Shown here in pieces: positions 41,309 through 50,697 of a stretch of 64,000 nucleotides of DNA. Both the position numbers and the translations under genes were made by a program. A model generated the notes under the pieces. The model was not told where the DNA came from and did no database searches. It worked only from the letters and a program-made list of their open reading frames with translations. Source of the DNA: Dehalococcoidia bacterium (GTDB taxonomy: Bacteria > Chloroflexota > Dehalococcoidia > UBA2979); NCBI GenBank assembly GCA_963667465.2, contig CAXXDN010000001.1, forward strand, positions 96,001-160,000, given 5' to 3'. Every line of letters starts with the position of its first letter. Position 1 is the first letter of the stretch.

Positions 41309-42171
41309 TCGCCGGCCGGCGGCGCCGCCTCCATGAACTCGCGCAGCGCGTTGATGTGATCGTCCGGCGTGGCGAGCCCTGCGTCCATGGTGAGCACATG
41401 GACGCCGTCCGCGCCCGCTGCCTCCAGGCGATCGGCGTACGCCACTCGCTCGTCGGGGCTGCCGTGATGAGAGATGGATCCGCAGATCCCAACCTCTGCA
41501 GGGTCGCGACCCGCCCGCTCCGCCGCCTCGCGGATCGCCTCGACGCTGCCAGCGAAGCCAGCGATGTCGCCGCGCCCGGCGACCCAGCCGTCGCCGATGC
41601 GCCCGATGCGGTCGAGCACGACCGGCGCGGTACCGCCCATCCAGATCGGGATCAGGCGACCGGGCCGCGGGTTGATGCCCGCGGCCGGGATGTGGTCGAA
41701 GTCGCCCTCGAACTCCACGAGCGGCTCCGACCAGAGCCGCCGCAGCAGCCCGACCTGCTCCTCGAGGCGCCGCCCGCGCGTGTGGAAGTCCTCGCCCAGC
41801 GACTCGTACTCGAGGTAGTTCCAGCCGCTGCCGACGCCGAGGACCAACCGCCCGCCGCTCAGGATGTCCACCACCGCCGTCTGCTTGGCGACCAGCGCTG
41901 TCTGGCGTTGCGGCAGGATCACCACGCCACTCACCAGCTCGATCCGCTCGGTCAGGCCAGCGAGGTAGGCGAAGAGCGCCAGCGGCTCGTGGAAGCTGCT
42001 CTCGTACGTGTAGGGCCAGCGGCCCTCGCGACCCTCGGGGTCGGCGCCGAGCACGTGGTCGTAGGCGAGCAGGTAGTCGTAGCCGAGGCTTTCGACCGCC
42101 TGCGCGTAGTCGCGGATCGCGATCGGGTCGGTTCCGATCTCGGTCTGGGGGAAGACTGCTCCGTAGCGCAT
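41305..42171 (-). CDS. LLM-class (probably F420-dependent) oxidoreductase
   Basis: YDHVLG, ILPQRQTALVAKQ, SGGRLVLGVGSGWN, IPIWMGG. Confidence 0.9.
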   Translation of the reverse strand: MRYGAVFPQTEIGTDPIAIRDYAQAVESLGYDYLLAYDHVLGADPEGREGRWPYTYESSFHEPLALFAYLAGLTERIELVSGVVILPQRQTALVAKQTAVVDILSGGRLVLGVGSGWNYLEYESLGEDFHTRGRRLEEQVGLLRRLWSEPLVEFEGDFDHIPAAGINPRPGRLIPIWMGGTAPVVLDRIGRIGDGWVAGRGDIAGFAGSVEAIREAAERAGRDPAEVGICGSISHHGSPDERVAYADRLEAAGADGVHVLTMDAGLATPDDHINALREFMEAAPPAGD

Positions 42172-42211
42172 TGCCGCTCCTTATGCTCCTCGTTCCGGGT
42201 TTGTCCGGCGC

Positions 42212-42361
42212 TCAGCCGGTGTAGTCCTTGTGCGGGAAGGTCTCGTCGTGGGTCTGCTCGCAGCCCTCACAGACGGGATGCGCGCAGCGCAGGCAGGCGC
42301 GTGAGGTGGTCGTCCCGCAGTGGCGGCAACCCGCGCTGATCGGCCCGCTGCGGTACGGCAT
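42212..42361 (-). CDS. 49-aa Cys/His-rich zinc-finger-like microprotein
   Basis: CxxC-x7-CxxC-x4-CxxC-x3-H; TG-N-TATCGT -10 six nt before the ATG. Confidence 0.6.
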   Translation of the reverse strand: MPYRSGPISAGCRHCGTTTSRACLRCAHPVCEGCEQTHDETFPHKDYTG

Positions 42362-42454
42362 GGGCGCACGATAGCAGCCCGTTCGGGCGCGGGCCCCGGC
42401 GGCGGGGTTGCTCACGACGCCGCGAGCGGCAAAGATTCCGTCTGGAGGTCGCCG

Positions 42455-42691
42455 ATGGTCATCCACGCCAGCCGGGTGGACTACCGCAACGCCTTTGCCG
42501 GGCTTGTGTTCCCCGCCTCGAAGGACGAGATCGTGCGCCGCTCGCGCATGGTGGGCGGGATCGACCGCGAGGTCTTCGCGATCCTCGACGCGATCGCGCC
42601 GCGCCGCTATGCCGACAAGGACGACCTCGACGCCGCGATCCGCGAGGTCTACCTCGCGCGCGGCGAGGACTCCGGGGAACTTCCCGTCTGA
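42455..42691 (+). CDS. DUF2795-like small protein
   Basis: GLVFPASKDEIV...L..I..RRY; GGAGG RBS. Confidence 0.65.
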   Translation: MVIHASRVDYRNAFAGLVFPASKDEIVRRSRMVGGIDREVFAILDAIAPRRYADKDDLDAAIREVYLARGEDSGELPV

Positions 42692-42722
42692 TCGCCGGGC
42701 CCGGTTCCGCCCTGGCGCCTGC

Positions 42723-43565
42723 CTACTGCTGCGAGTAGCCCGAGCCGGGCGCGTCGACGCCCGTGCCGTGGCCTTCCTCGATCCAGCCGAACTCCTGCAG
42801 GATCTGCTGGCTGTAGCAGACCCGCCCGGTCACGCGCTCGACCGGCTCGGTCGCCAGCAACAGCGTCGCCTCCGCCATCGTCGAGGCCGGCTCGCTCGGC
42901 AGGTCCGGTGGGGGCTTGTTGAAGAGCAGCGCGCCTTCCGTGAACACCGCCTGCGAGGGCGAGAGCGCGCTCACGGCGATCTTGTCGCCCCACAGCTCCG
43001 CCGCGAGACCCTGCGTGAAGCGCTCCAGCGCCGCCTTCGTCGACCCGTAGAGGACGCCCATGCCGTCCCAGCCGGTCGACTCGTAGGGCCCGCGGCCGGG
43101 GCCGATCGCGACGCCCGAGGAGATGTTCACGATCGCGCCGCCGCCCCGCGCCTGCATGTCCGGGATTGTCTCCCGCGCCAGGATGAACGGCGCGTGGATG
43201 TTGACCGCGTAGCCGATCAGCCAGCGCTTCGAGGGGAACTCGGAGACCGGGTGCGCGAAGTTCGTGACGGCGTTGTTGACGAGGATGTCGACCGGCCCGT
43301 AGGCCGCCCGCGTTTCCTCGACGAGGCTCAGGCAGTCGTCCTCCTCGCCGATGTTGGCGACGACCATCCGGGCCTCGCCGCCGGCGGCACGGATGCCCTC
43401 GAGGGTGGTCGTCAGCGCGCCCGGCGCGCGGCTGTCACCCTCGTTCACGGTGCGCGCGACGCAGGCAACGTTCGCGCCCTCGGCGGCGAACAGCTCGGCG
43501 ATCGCCTTTCCGATGCCCCGGCTCGCACCGGTCACGATCGCGGTCTTCCCGTCCAGCTTGCCCAT
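42723..43565 (-). CDS. Short-chain dehydrogenase/reductase
   Basis: TGASRGIG, LVNNA, NISS, YGSTK. Confidence 0.93.
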   Translation of the reverse strand: MGKLDGKTAIVTGASRGIGKAIAELFAAEGANVACVARTVNEGDSRAPGALTTTLEGIRAAGGEARMVVANIGEEDDCLSLVEETRAAYGPVDILVNNAVTNFAHPVSEFPSKRWLIGYAVNIHAPFILARETIPDMQARGGGAIVNISSGVAIGPGRGPYESTGWDGMGVLYGSTKAALERFTQGLAAELWGDKIAVSALSPSQAVFTEGALLFNKPPPDLPSEPASTMAEATLLLATEPVERVTGRVCYSQQILQEFGWIEEGHGTGVDAPGSGYSQQ

Positions 43566-43654
43566 CGCACTCCTCCTCGCCCGTTCGCGCACTCCGGAGC
43601 GTCACGATGCAGCACCGGCGCTCCGTCGGCAACGCCTCCGGCCCCGGCGGGACT

Positions 43655-43702
43655 CGCCCCTCCGGTCCGCTCTCCCCGAGGGAGCGGGTGAGGAGGGGGT
43701 GC
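43655..43702. repeat. BoxC-like repeat copy (inverted, degenerate)
   Basis: CCGCTCTCCCCGAGGGAGCGGGTGAGGAGGGGG. Confidence 0.55.
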
Positions 43703-43763
43703 GGGTGAACGCCCGCCGCGCAGCGCCCGCCCGTCCGGGATGGGGGAATGCGGCTGCGGCGCG

Positions 43764-45053
43764 CTACGTGAGCGGGGTGCAGACCAGGTCGTAGGGGAGG
43801 GCGGTGTCGACGCGCACGCGCACGAACTCGCCGGCGGCGTACTCGCCCCGCACGAAGGCGAGGCCGTCGACCTCGGGGGCGTCGCGGTAGCTGCGTCCGA
43901 CGACGAAGCGCGAGCCGTCCTCCTGCTCGCTCGGCTCGTCGGACTCGATCAGCACCTCCAGCTCGCTGCCCACCAGCTCGCGGTTGCGCTCCATCGAGAT
44001 CTGCTGCGCGAGCTCCATGAGGCGGCCGTAGCGCTCGGAGGCAACCTCGTGCGGTACGGGCTCGCCGAGGTCCGCCGCCGGTGTGCCGGTCTGCGGCGAG
44101 TAGGTGAACGCGCCGACGTGGTCGAAGCGCTGCTCCTCGACGAAGTCGAGCAGCTCCTCGAATTCCTCGTCCGTTTCGCCGGGGAAGCCGACGATGAAGG
44201 TGGTGCGCAGCGCGGCGTCCGGCATTGCCTCGCGCAGCGTCGCCAGGCTGCGCCGCGCCACGCGCAGGCTCGGCCGCCGCATGCGCTTCAGCACGCTCGG
44301 CGAGCCGTGCTGCAGGGGCATATCGAGGTAGGGCGTGACGTTCGGCAGCCGCGCCATCGTCTCCGCGAGGCGTGGCGTGACGCGGCCGGGGTAGGCGTAC
44401 ATCAGTCGCAGCCAGGCCATCTCCGGGACCGCCTCTGCGAGGCGTTCCAGCAGCTCGGCCAGCCCGTCGCGCTGCGCGCGGTCCTCGCCGTAGGCCGTCG
44501 AGTCCTGTGCGACCAGCACCAGCTCGCGCACGCCCGAGGCCGCGAGCGCCCGCGCCTCGGCGATCAGCCAGTCGTCGGGCTCGGAGTGCATGCGGCCCTT
44601 GATGGTCGGGATGATGCAGAACGTGCAGGGCCGGTCGCAGCCGTCCGAGATCTTGAGGTAGGCGCTCGGCCCCGTCGCCAGCGGCGCCGGTTGCGGGATG
44701 TCGAAGTCCGGCGACGCCGGACCAAGCGAGGCGGCGACGGTGTCCCAGGCCTCGACGCCGAATGTGGCATCGACGGCGGGCACGGCGCGCCGCACCTCCT
44801 CCTCGGCGATCTGCGTGAGGCAGCCGAGCACGTAGAGCTGCTGGTCCGGACGCCGCGCCGCGTCCAGCTCGGCGATCACCTCGAGCGACTCGTCCTTGGC
44901 GTCGTCGATGAAGCCGCAGGTATTGACGAGCAGCAGCTCGGCCTCGCTTGCGCTGGCCGTCGCCTGGTGCCGGGCGTGGCGCAGCGAGCGCTCGAGGCGC
45001 ATCGAGTCGACGGTGTTCTTGGCGCAGCCAAGCGTGACGAGATGGTAGCGCAC
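43764..45053 (-). CDS. rimO: Ribosomal protein S12 methylthiotransferase
   Basis: LGCAKNTVDS, NTCGFI, CDRPCTFC, DAPEVDG (TRAM). Confidence 0.95.
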   Translation of the reverse strand: MRYHLVTLGCAKNTVDSMRLERSLRHARHQATASASEAELLLVNTCGFIDDAKDESLEVIAELDAARRPDQQLYVLGCLTQIAEEEVRRAVPAVDATFGVEAWDTVAASLGPASPDFDIPQPAPLATGPSAYLKISDGCDRPCTFCIIPTIKGRMHSEPDDWLIAEARALAASGVRELVLVAQDSTAYGEDRAQRDGLAELLERLAEAVPEMAWLRLMYAYPGRVTPRLAETMARLPNVTPYLDMPLQHGSPSVLKRMRRPSLRVARRSLATLREAMPDAALRTTFIVGFPGETDEEFEELLDFVEEQRFDHVGAFTYSPQTGTPAADLGEPVPHEVASERYGRLMELAQQISMERNRELVGSELEVLIESDEPSEQEDGSRFVVGRSYRDAPEVDGLAFVRGEYAAGEFVRVRVDTALPYDLVCTPLT

Positions 45054-45062
45054 GCGGGCGGC

Positions 45063-45836
45063 CTACTCGCCGTCCGGGGTGGGCTCTTTGGCGACCACCA
45101 GCGTGACTCCCTGGCCGGCCTGTAGCACCTCGCCCGGCGCCGGCACCTGGGTGAAGACGTGGCCGGGCTCTGCCTCGCTGCTTGGAACCTCGATGACGAC
45201 CCACTCGGCGCCGAGGTCGCGAACGCGCTGCTCCGCCGCCGCCTGTGCGAGGCCGCTCAGGTCCGGCATCTGCTCCGCGAGGGGAGGCGCCGTGCCCTCG
45301 GCGGTGGGCGACGCCGTGGCCGCAGACCCGTCAGCGCCGCCCTCGTCGTCCGGGCCGAACGGCCCGATGTCGGGGACGCCGAAGATGAAGGTTGCGGCGA
45401 GGACGATCGCCGCCAGGGCGGCGAGCAGGGCCCAGCGCCGGCCCACGGCGGGCAGGGCGCCCACCCCTTCGCGCAACCGCAGGCCAGGCAGCGGATCGAG
45501 ACCCGGTGGCTCCGGCAAGTTGTCCGGCAACCGATCGACCGCATCCTCGGGATCGATGCCGAGGAACCGGGCATAGAGGCGGACGAACCCGCGTACGTAC
45601 ACGGGCGCGGGCAGCACATCGAAGCGATCGGCCTCGATGGCGCCGAGGTAGCCGTAGCTGATGCGCGTCTCTTCGGCGGCCTGCTCGAGCTCGAAGCCGG
45701 CAGCGAGCCGGTGCTCGCGCAGCCAGCTGCCGAGTGTGTTCGCTGGCGCCGCACTTTCATTGCTGGGCGTGTCATCGAGATCGCCGCTCCGCGACGGATT
45801 CGTGACAGAGCGGCGAAACCAATCGCGCAACACCAC
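45063..45836 (-). CDS. RodZ-like HTH membrane protein with C-terminal PASTA domain
   Basis: TRISYGYLGAIE...YVRGFVRLYARFLG; TM; MPDLSG...Q.PAPG...VTLVV. Confidence 0.82.
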   Translation of the reverse strand: MVLRDWFRRSVTNPSRSGDLDDTPSNESAAPANTLGSWLREHRLAAGFELEQAAEETRISYGYLGAIEADRFDVLPAPVYVRGFVRLYARFLGIDPEDAVDRLPDNLPEPPGLDPLPGLRLREGVGALPAVGRRWALLAALAAIVLAATFIFGVPDIGPFGPDDEGGADGSAATASPTAEGTAPPLAEQMPDLSGLAQAAAEQRVRDLGAEWVVIEVPSSEAEPGHVFTQVPAPGEVLQAGQGVTLVVAKEPTPDGE

Positions 45837-46882
45837 TACGCGCCATCGACGCCCGGGAACTCCACGAGTGACTTCAGCCCTTCCATCGCCAGCCTCGAGG
45901 CGTACGCCTGCGGCGCGTGCTCGATCCCGTAGCGGTTCGTCACGACCTCATCGATGTGTGCGACGTGGGGCAGCAGTTCAACCGTGCGACGGTACTGGTC
46001 GCTCGTGGCGTTCTGCGAGCCGGTCAGGATCACCTCCCCGTAGTGCACGAGGTTCGGGTCGAACGGCACGTCCTCCCCGGGCGGGAAGCCGGCGAACAGG
46101 TTGACTACTCCCTGCGGCCGCACCAGTTCCAGCGCGGGCCCGACGAGGGCGGAGACGCCCACGGAGAGCACGACACCGTCGGCGCCCGTGCCTCCGGTCG
46201 CATCGCGGACCGCACCGGTCACGTCCTCGGTCGCAGGGTCGAGCACGAGGTCCGCGCCCCAGCGCGCCGCGAGCGCACGCCGCTCCGCGAGCGGTTCGCT
46301 CACGATGATCGGCGCGGCTCCAGCCGCGCGGGCGAGCAGCACGTGCAGCAACCCCATCGGTCCCGCCCCGATGATCGCGAGCGAGCTGCCGATGCCGATC
46401 GCGCACAACTCGAGCGAGGCGGTGACGCAGGCGGCCGGCTCGGTCAGTGCGGCCACGTCCAGCGGCAACTGGTCCGGCGCGCCGATCACCTGCCCGCGCC
46501 CCACGATCCCGGCGGGTACGAGCAGCGATTCGGCGAAGCCGCCGTCGATGTCATAGCCGAGCGTCTGACGGTTACTGCAGCGGTTGCGCTTCCCGGTCTG
46601 ACAGAAGCGACAGCGCCCGCAGGAGACGATCGGACAGACCACCACGCGGTCGCCCTCGGCCACATCCGCGACGCCCTCGCCGACCTGGTCGACGATGCCG
46701 GCGATTTCGTGGCCGGGGATGACGCCGGGGCGGGCGCGCTTCTCGCCCTTGTAGACGCGAACGTCCGAGGCGCAAAGGGAGGCTGCGGCGGTGCGCAGCC
46801 GGACCTCGCCGGGCCCGGCCTGGGGGGTGGGGCGATCCTGAACGGAGACCTTGCCGGGCTCTTCGAAGATCGTCGCGCGCAT
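45836..46882 (-). CDS. Zinc-dependent alcohol/polyol dehydrogenase
   Basis: CASD, GHE, CGRCRFC..C, GAGPMG. Confidence 0.93.
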   Translation of the reverse strand: MRATIFEEPGKVSVQDRPTPQAGPGEVRLRTAAASLCASDVRVYKGEKRARPGVIPGHEIAGIVDQVGEGVADVAEGDRVVVCPIVSCGRCRFCQTGKRNRCSNRQTLGYDIDGGFAESLLVPAGIVGRGQVIGAPDQLPLDVAALTEPAACVTASLELCAIGIGSSLAIIGAGPMGLLHVLLARAAGAAPIIVSEPLAERRALAARWGADLVLDPATEDVTGAVRDATGGTGADGVVLSVGVSALVGPALELVRPQGVVNLFAGFPPGEDVPFDPNLVHYGEVILTGSQNATSDQYRRTVELLPHVAHIDEVVTNRYGIEHAPQAYASRLAMEGLKSLVEFPGVDGA

Positions 46883-46969
46883 GGAGTGTCCCGGTTCGTC
46901 GCTCTCGCCGTCGCAGGGTACGGACCGCAGGCCCGTGCCTCGCAGTATCGCAGCGTGCGGCGAGGGCTG

Positions 46970-47740
46970 CTACTCGCCGCCCTCGGACGCGCGATGCACC
47001 CGCCACGAGTAGCAGGCGACGCACATGCACGTTGAGGCACTTGCGCTGATATGGGTCAGGCCGTGAATGCGGTCCCCCTCGCGGTCGAACTTGTGCGCCA
47101 GTGTATTGAAGTCTCGGGCGAGGCCCTTCTCGTAGTATCCCCACACTGCATTGACCACAAGGTCTGCTGCTTGGAGGAGTCGCGTTCGCGGTGCCCGCGT
47201 AAAGAGCGGGATATCCGCCAGGTTGTTCGTGCGGCTCCACTGCGTACCCTCGCGCAGAATCCGATCGCCCAATGTCTCGAGGCGCTCGCGATAATTCGAC
47301 TCCGCCACGATCACGAGACCACGCTGCGTGTCACCTTGGTGATGACGCCGACTCAGCATGAGATCAAATCGGCTCACCACGTCCTCGAATGCGACTTCAT
47401 ATGGGTCTCGAGGAGCGACCCGGTTCTTCTCCACCACGGTCGCGAACAGCACGGGGTGGGTCGAACGACTGACGACGTTGTAAGAATCTTCGAGCATCCC
47501 GTGACGCTCTGTCGCGGTCAGTTGATCGTAGGGTGGACGAGGAGTCCCACCTTGCGGGACGCGGAGCGGGGAAGCGTGGATAGCGACGGTGCTGTGTGTG
47601 CTAGGGAAGAAACGCTCTACGACAGCGTCAAGCTCGTGTTGCAACCAATACGCGCCTCGTTCAAAGACAGCTAGACCGCCCACAACCAAGTGACGCCCAT
47701 CACGATGCGTCCCGGATTCGTCAAGGTAGAGCAGGTGCAT
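46970..47740 (-). CDS. DUF3800 family protein (low GC)
   Basis: LYLDESG N-terminus, LQAADL near C-terminus, CMCVAC tail; GGGAG RBS. Confidence 0.85.
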   Translation of the reverse strand: MHLLYLDESGTHRDGRHLVVGGLAVFERGAYWLQHELDAVVERFFPSTHSTVAIHASPLRVPQGGTPRPPYDQLTATERHGMLEDSYNVVSRSTHPVLFATVVEKNRVAPRDPYEVAFEDVVSRFDLMLSRRHHQGDTQRGLVIVAESNYRERLETLGDRILREGTQWSRTNNLADIPLFTRAPRTRLLQAADLVVNAVWGYYEKGLARDFNTLAHKFDREGDRIHGLTHISASASTCMCVACYSWRVHRASEGGE

Positions 47741-47768
47741 AGCACCATCTCCCAATAAGAAAATCGCG

Positions 47769-47792
47769 GCGGGCGGCCGATTGGCCGCCCGC
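47769..47792 (-). terminator. Terminator-like hairpin just upstream of the DUF3800 gene
   Basis: 10-bp perfect stem GCGGGCGGCC/GGCCGCCCGC followed on the minus strand by GATTTTCTTATT. Confidence 0.6.
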
Positions 47793-47820
47793 AATCACTG
47801 CAAGAAAATCCACTAGAAGA

Positions 47821-47880
47821 AGCCGACTGAGCGTGAGCCCTACGGACCAAGGTACCGAAGCAGTCCTGTCAGCCACAGCC
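47821..47880 (-). ncRNA. Candidate structured RNA upstream of DUF3800
   Basis: Minus strand: GGCUGA/UCAGUC outer stem, GGACU/GGUCC inner stem, cUUCGg tetraloop. Confidence 0.45.
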
Positions 47881-47905
47881 AGTTTCATAGTCGCATTGAC
47901 GCTTG

Positions 47906-49555
47906 TCAACTCGAGGGTGGCCCCGAACGCAGGCCCGCCAGCCAGCGCGTGCCGGCGCGGTACTCGCGGCTGCCGAGCGCCGCGGCGGAGCCGAGGAAGG
48001 CGAACAGCCCGGCGAGGCCGCAAGCCGCGGTCAGCACGAGCGAGCCAAGCAGTTCCTCCGGGTCGGCCCCCGCCGAGCGCAGCAGGATCAGCAGCAGGAT
48101 CAGCGTCAGCACCATCACCAGCGTCGCCAGCGAGGTTCGCCAGACCGACGCCATGAGCGCCGCCGCGTCGAACCCCTCAAGGCGGCCGCGCAGCGCCTGG
48201 AGCAGCAGCAGCAGCTCCACGATCGCAGCAACCGAGGCCGCCGCCGCCAGCCCGCGAATGCCGAGCGGCCCCACCAGGGCGGCGCAGAGCGCAACGTTGA
48301 TCACCATCCCGGCCAGCGCGAACGTCACGGGCGTGCGCGTGTCGGACAGCGCGTAGAAGCCGCGGCTGACGATCTCGATCGCCGCGTGCGCCCAGACCGC
48401 GACGGCGTAGATCATCAGCGCCTCGACGACGAGGTTCGTCGAGGCCGCGTCGAAGGCGCCGCGCTGCAGCAGCAACCGCACGCCCGGTTCGGCGAGCAGC
48501 ACGAGGCCGGCCGAGGCGGGGATCGCGAGGAAGAGAATCATCCGCAGCGTCGCGTCGAGCGAGCGGCGCAGGCTCGCGATGTCCTCCTGCGCTGCCTGCT
48601 GCGAGAGCTGCGGGAAGGCCGCCGTCGAGATCGCCATCCCGATCACGCCCACGGGCAGCAACATCACAAGGAACGCGAAGTTGATCGCGCTGATCGCCTC
48701 GTCCGAGATGAAGGAGGCGAAGAAGATCACCACCACGAGGTTGACCTGTGCCGCCGCCAGCCCGACGACGCGCGGACCCATCAGCCGCAGCACCTCGCGC
48801 ACGCCCGCGGAGGCGACGTCGACTCCGGGACGCCAGCGCATCCCGATCGCTCGCAGCGCGGGCAGCTGCACCAGCAGGTGCCCGGCGGCGCCGATCAACA
48901 CCCCCCACGCCAGCCCGTGCACGCCCCAGCGCTCCGCCAGCACGACCGCCCCGAAGATGATTCCGAGGTTGTAGAGCAAAGGTGCGATCGCCGGCGCGAG
49001 GAAGTGTTGCCGTGCGTTCAGGATGCCGGTCAGCATCCCGGAGATGCCGAACAGCAGCGGCGAGACCAGCATCAGCCGCGTCAGCTCCACCGCGAGCGCC
49101 TGGAGCTCAGCCTCGCGCCCGCTCGCCTCGCCCAGTCCCGGCGCGAGCAACGGCACGACGAGCGGCGCGAGCAGGAAGCCGATCGCGGCGGCGACGAAGG
49201 TGGCGAGGGCGATGAGATTGAGCACGCTGGAGGCGAGCCACCAGCCCTCGTCCTCGCTCTCGCGCAGCACGACGCGGCTGAAGGTGGGGATGAAGGCGGC
49301 GGAGAGGGTGGCCCCGGCGAGCAGCTGAAAGATCGCGTCGGGCAGCCGGAAGGCAACCCAGTAGGCGCCGAGTTCCGGCTCCGTGCCGAACGCCTCGGCG
49401 ATCGCAACCGAGCGCAACAGGCCGAGCAGCCGGGAGCCGATGAAGCCCGCGGCGACGATCCCGGCCGCGCCGACGGCGGTTCGCGGCGTCAGTCCCCGGC
49501 GCAGGATCCGGAGCAATCGGTGCACGAGTCCGGCCGCGGGCGGCGATGAGGCCAT
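47906..49555 (-). CDS. murJ: Lipid II flippase MurJ (MviN)
   Basis: SRLLGLLR, AFRLPD, AFIPTF, RGFYALSDTRTPV. Confidence 0.93.
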   Translation of the reverse strand: MASSPPAAGLVHRLLRILRRGLTPRTAVGAAGIVAAGFIGSRLLGLLRSVAIAEAFGTEPELGAYWVAFRLPDAIFQLLAGATLSAAFIPTFSRVVLRESEDEGWWLASSVLNLIALATFVAAAIGFLLAPLVVPLLAPGLGEASGREAELQALAVELTRLMLVSPLLFGISGMLTGILNARQHFLAPAIAPLLYNLGIIFGAVVLAERWGVHGLAWGVLIGAAGHLLVQLPALRAIGMRWRPGVDVASAGVREVLRLMGPRVVGLAAAQVNLVVVIFFASFISDEAISAINFAFLVMLLPVGVIGMAISTAAFPQLSQQAAQEDIASLRRSLDATLRMILFLAIPASAGLVLLAEPGVRLLLQRGAFDAASTNLVVEALMIYAVAVWAHAAIEIVSRGFYALSDTRTPVTFALAGMVINVALCAALVGPLGIRGLAAAASVAAIVELLLLLQALRGRLEGFDAAALMASVWRTSLATLVMVLTLILLLILLRSAGADPEELLGSLVLTAACGLAGLFAFLGSAAALGSREYRAGTRWLAGLRSGPPSS

Positions 49556-49668
49556 CGCCAGTCATCTTCCCACGCCCGCGGCTCGGCGGGCCATCGAGCG
49601 CACGGCTGTTCCGCATTGCCGCCCACCGCGGGTGTCGTGCATCGTGGGGCGCGGGCCGGAGGTTGCAC

Positions 49669-50307
49669 ATGACGAGCGCGAAGGCCAGCACGGAGCGGAT
49701 CCAGCGGGTCTACGCCTCCGGCGATCCGGCGGAGCTGGCCAGCGAGTACAACCGCTGGGCGGGGGAGTACGACACCGACCTGAAGGCGCTCGGGTACAAC
49801 GCGCCGAGGGGCGGGGCCGAGCTGCTGGCGAGCCGCGTAGCGGACAAGGGAGCGCGGGTGCTCGACGCCGGGGCCGGCACAGGGCTGGTCGGCGAGGAGT
49901 TGCACCGCGTTGGCTTCGAGCGCATCACGGCGCTGGATATGTCGCCCGGGATGCTGGCGCAGGCGGAGCGGAAGTCGGTCTACGAGGAGCTCGTGGTCGG
50001 CGAGCTGGGGAAGCCGCTGCCCTTCGAGACGGGCCAGTTCGCCGGCGTGACGTGCATCGGGGTGCTGACCTTCGGCCACGCCCCACCGGAGGCGCTGGAC
50101 GAGCTGGTCCGCGTGACGGCGGCGGGCGGGCCGGTCATCTTCTCGATGCGGACGGACTACTACACCGACGGCGGCTTCGACATCCGGCAGGCCGCGCTCG
50201 AAGAGGCAGGAACGTGGCGCCTGCTCGAACGCAGCGCTCCGTTCCAGGCAATGCCGGACGGCGAGCCGGAGATCTGGCACGAGCTGTGGGCCTACGCGGT
50301 GCTGTAG
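49669..50307 (+). CDS. Class I SAM-dependent methyltransferase
   Basis: Y..WA..YD, VLDAGAGTGLVG, DMSPGML. Confidence 0.9.
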   Translation: MTSAKASTERIQRVYASGDPAELASEYNRWAGEYDTDLKALGYNAPRGGAELLASRVADKGARVLDAGAGTGLVGEELHRVGFERITALDMSPGMLAQAERKSVYEELVVGELGKPLPFETGQFAGVTCIGVLTFGHAPPEALDELVRVTAAGGPVIFSMRTDYYTDGGFDIRQAALEEAGTWRLLERSAPFQAMPDGEPEIWHELWAYAVL

Positions 50308-50427
50308 CGGGGCTGGTCCCACGGTCCGGCCGCCGCCGGCGGAAGCGATGGCTGGGCGGCACCCCTCGATAGACGCTCGCGCGCATCAGCGCTAACGTTG
50401 AGCGTCGCGATTCACAGAGGAGCAACG

Positions 50428-50697
50428 GTGGCGCATTCGAACCAGGCGAAGAAGCGGATCCGGCAGAACGAGCGGCGGGCCGCTCGCAACCGGCCGTTGC
50501 GCACCAGCGCCTCGCGCCGCGTGCGCGACGCCCGCGAGGCGATCATTGACGGCGATCCCGACGCTGCGGACTACGTGCGCAGCGCCCAGTCCGCCCTCGA
50601 CCGCGCCGCGAAGCGGAACGTAATCCACCGCAACGCCGCCGCACGGCGCAAGAGCCGCCTCGCCGCGCAGCTCAAGGCCGCACAGGCCGCGGACTGA
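50428..50697 (+). CDS. rpsT: 30S ribosomal protein S20
   Basis: QAKKRIRQNERR...IHRNAAARRKSRL; GAGGAG RBS. Confidence 0.97.
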   Translation: MAHSNQAKKRIRQNERRAARNRPLRTSASRRVRDAREAIIDGDPDAADYVRSAQSALDRAAKRNVIHRNAAARRKSRLAAQLKAAQAAD

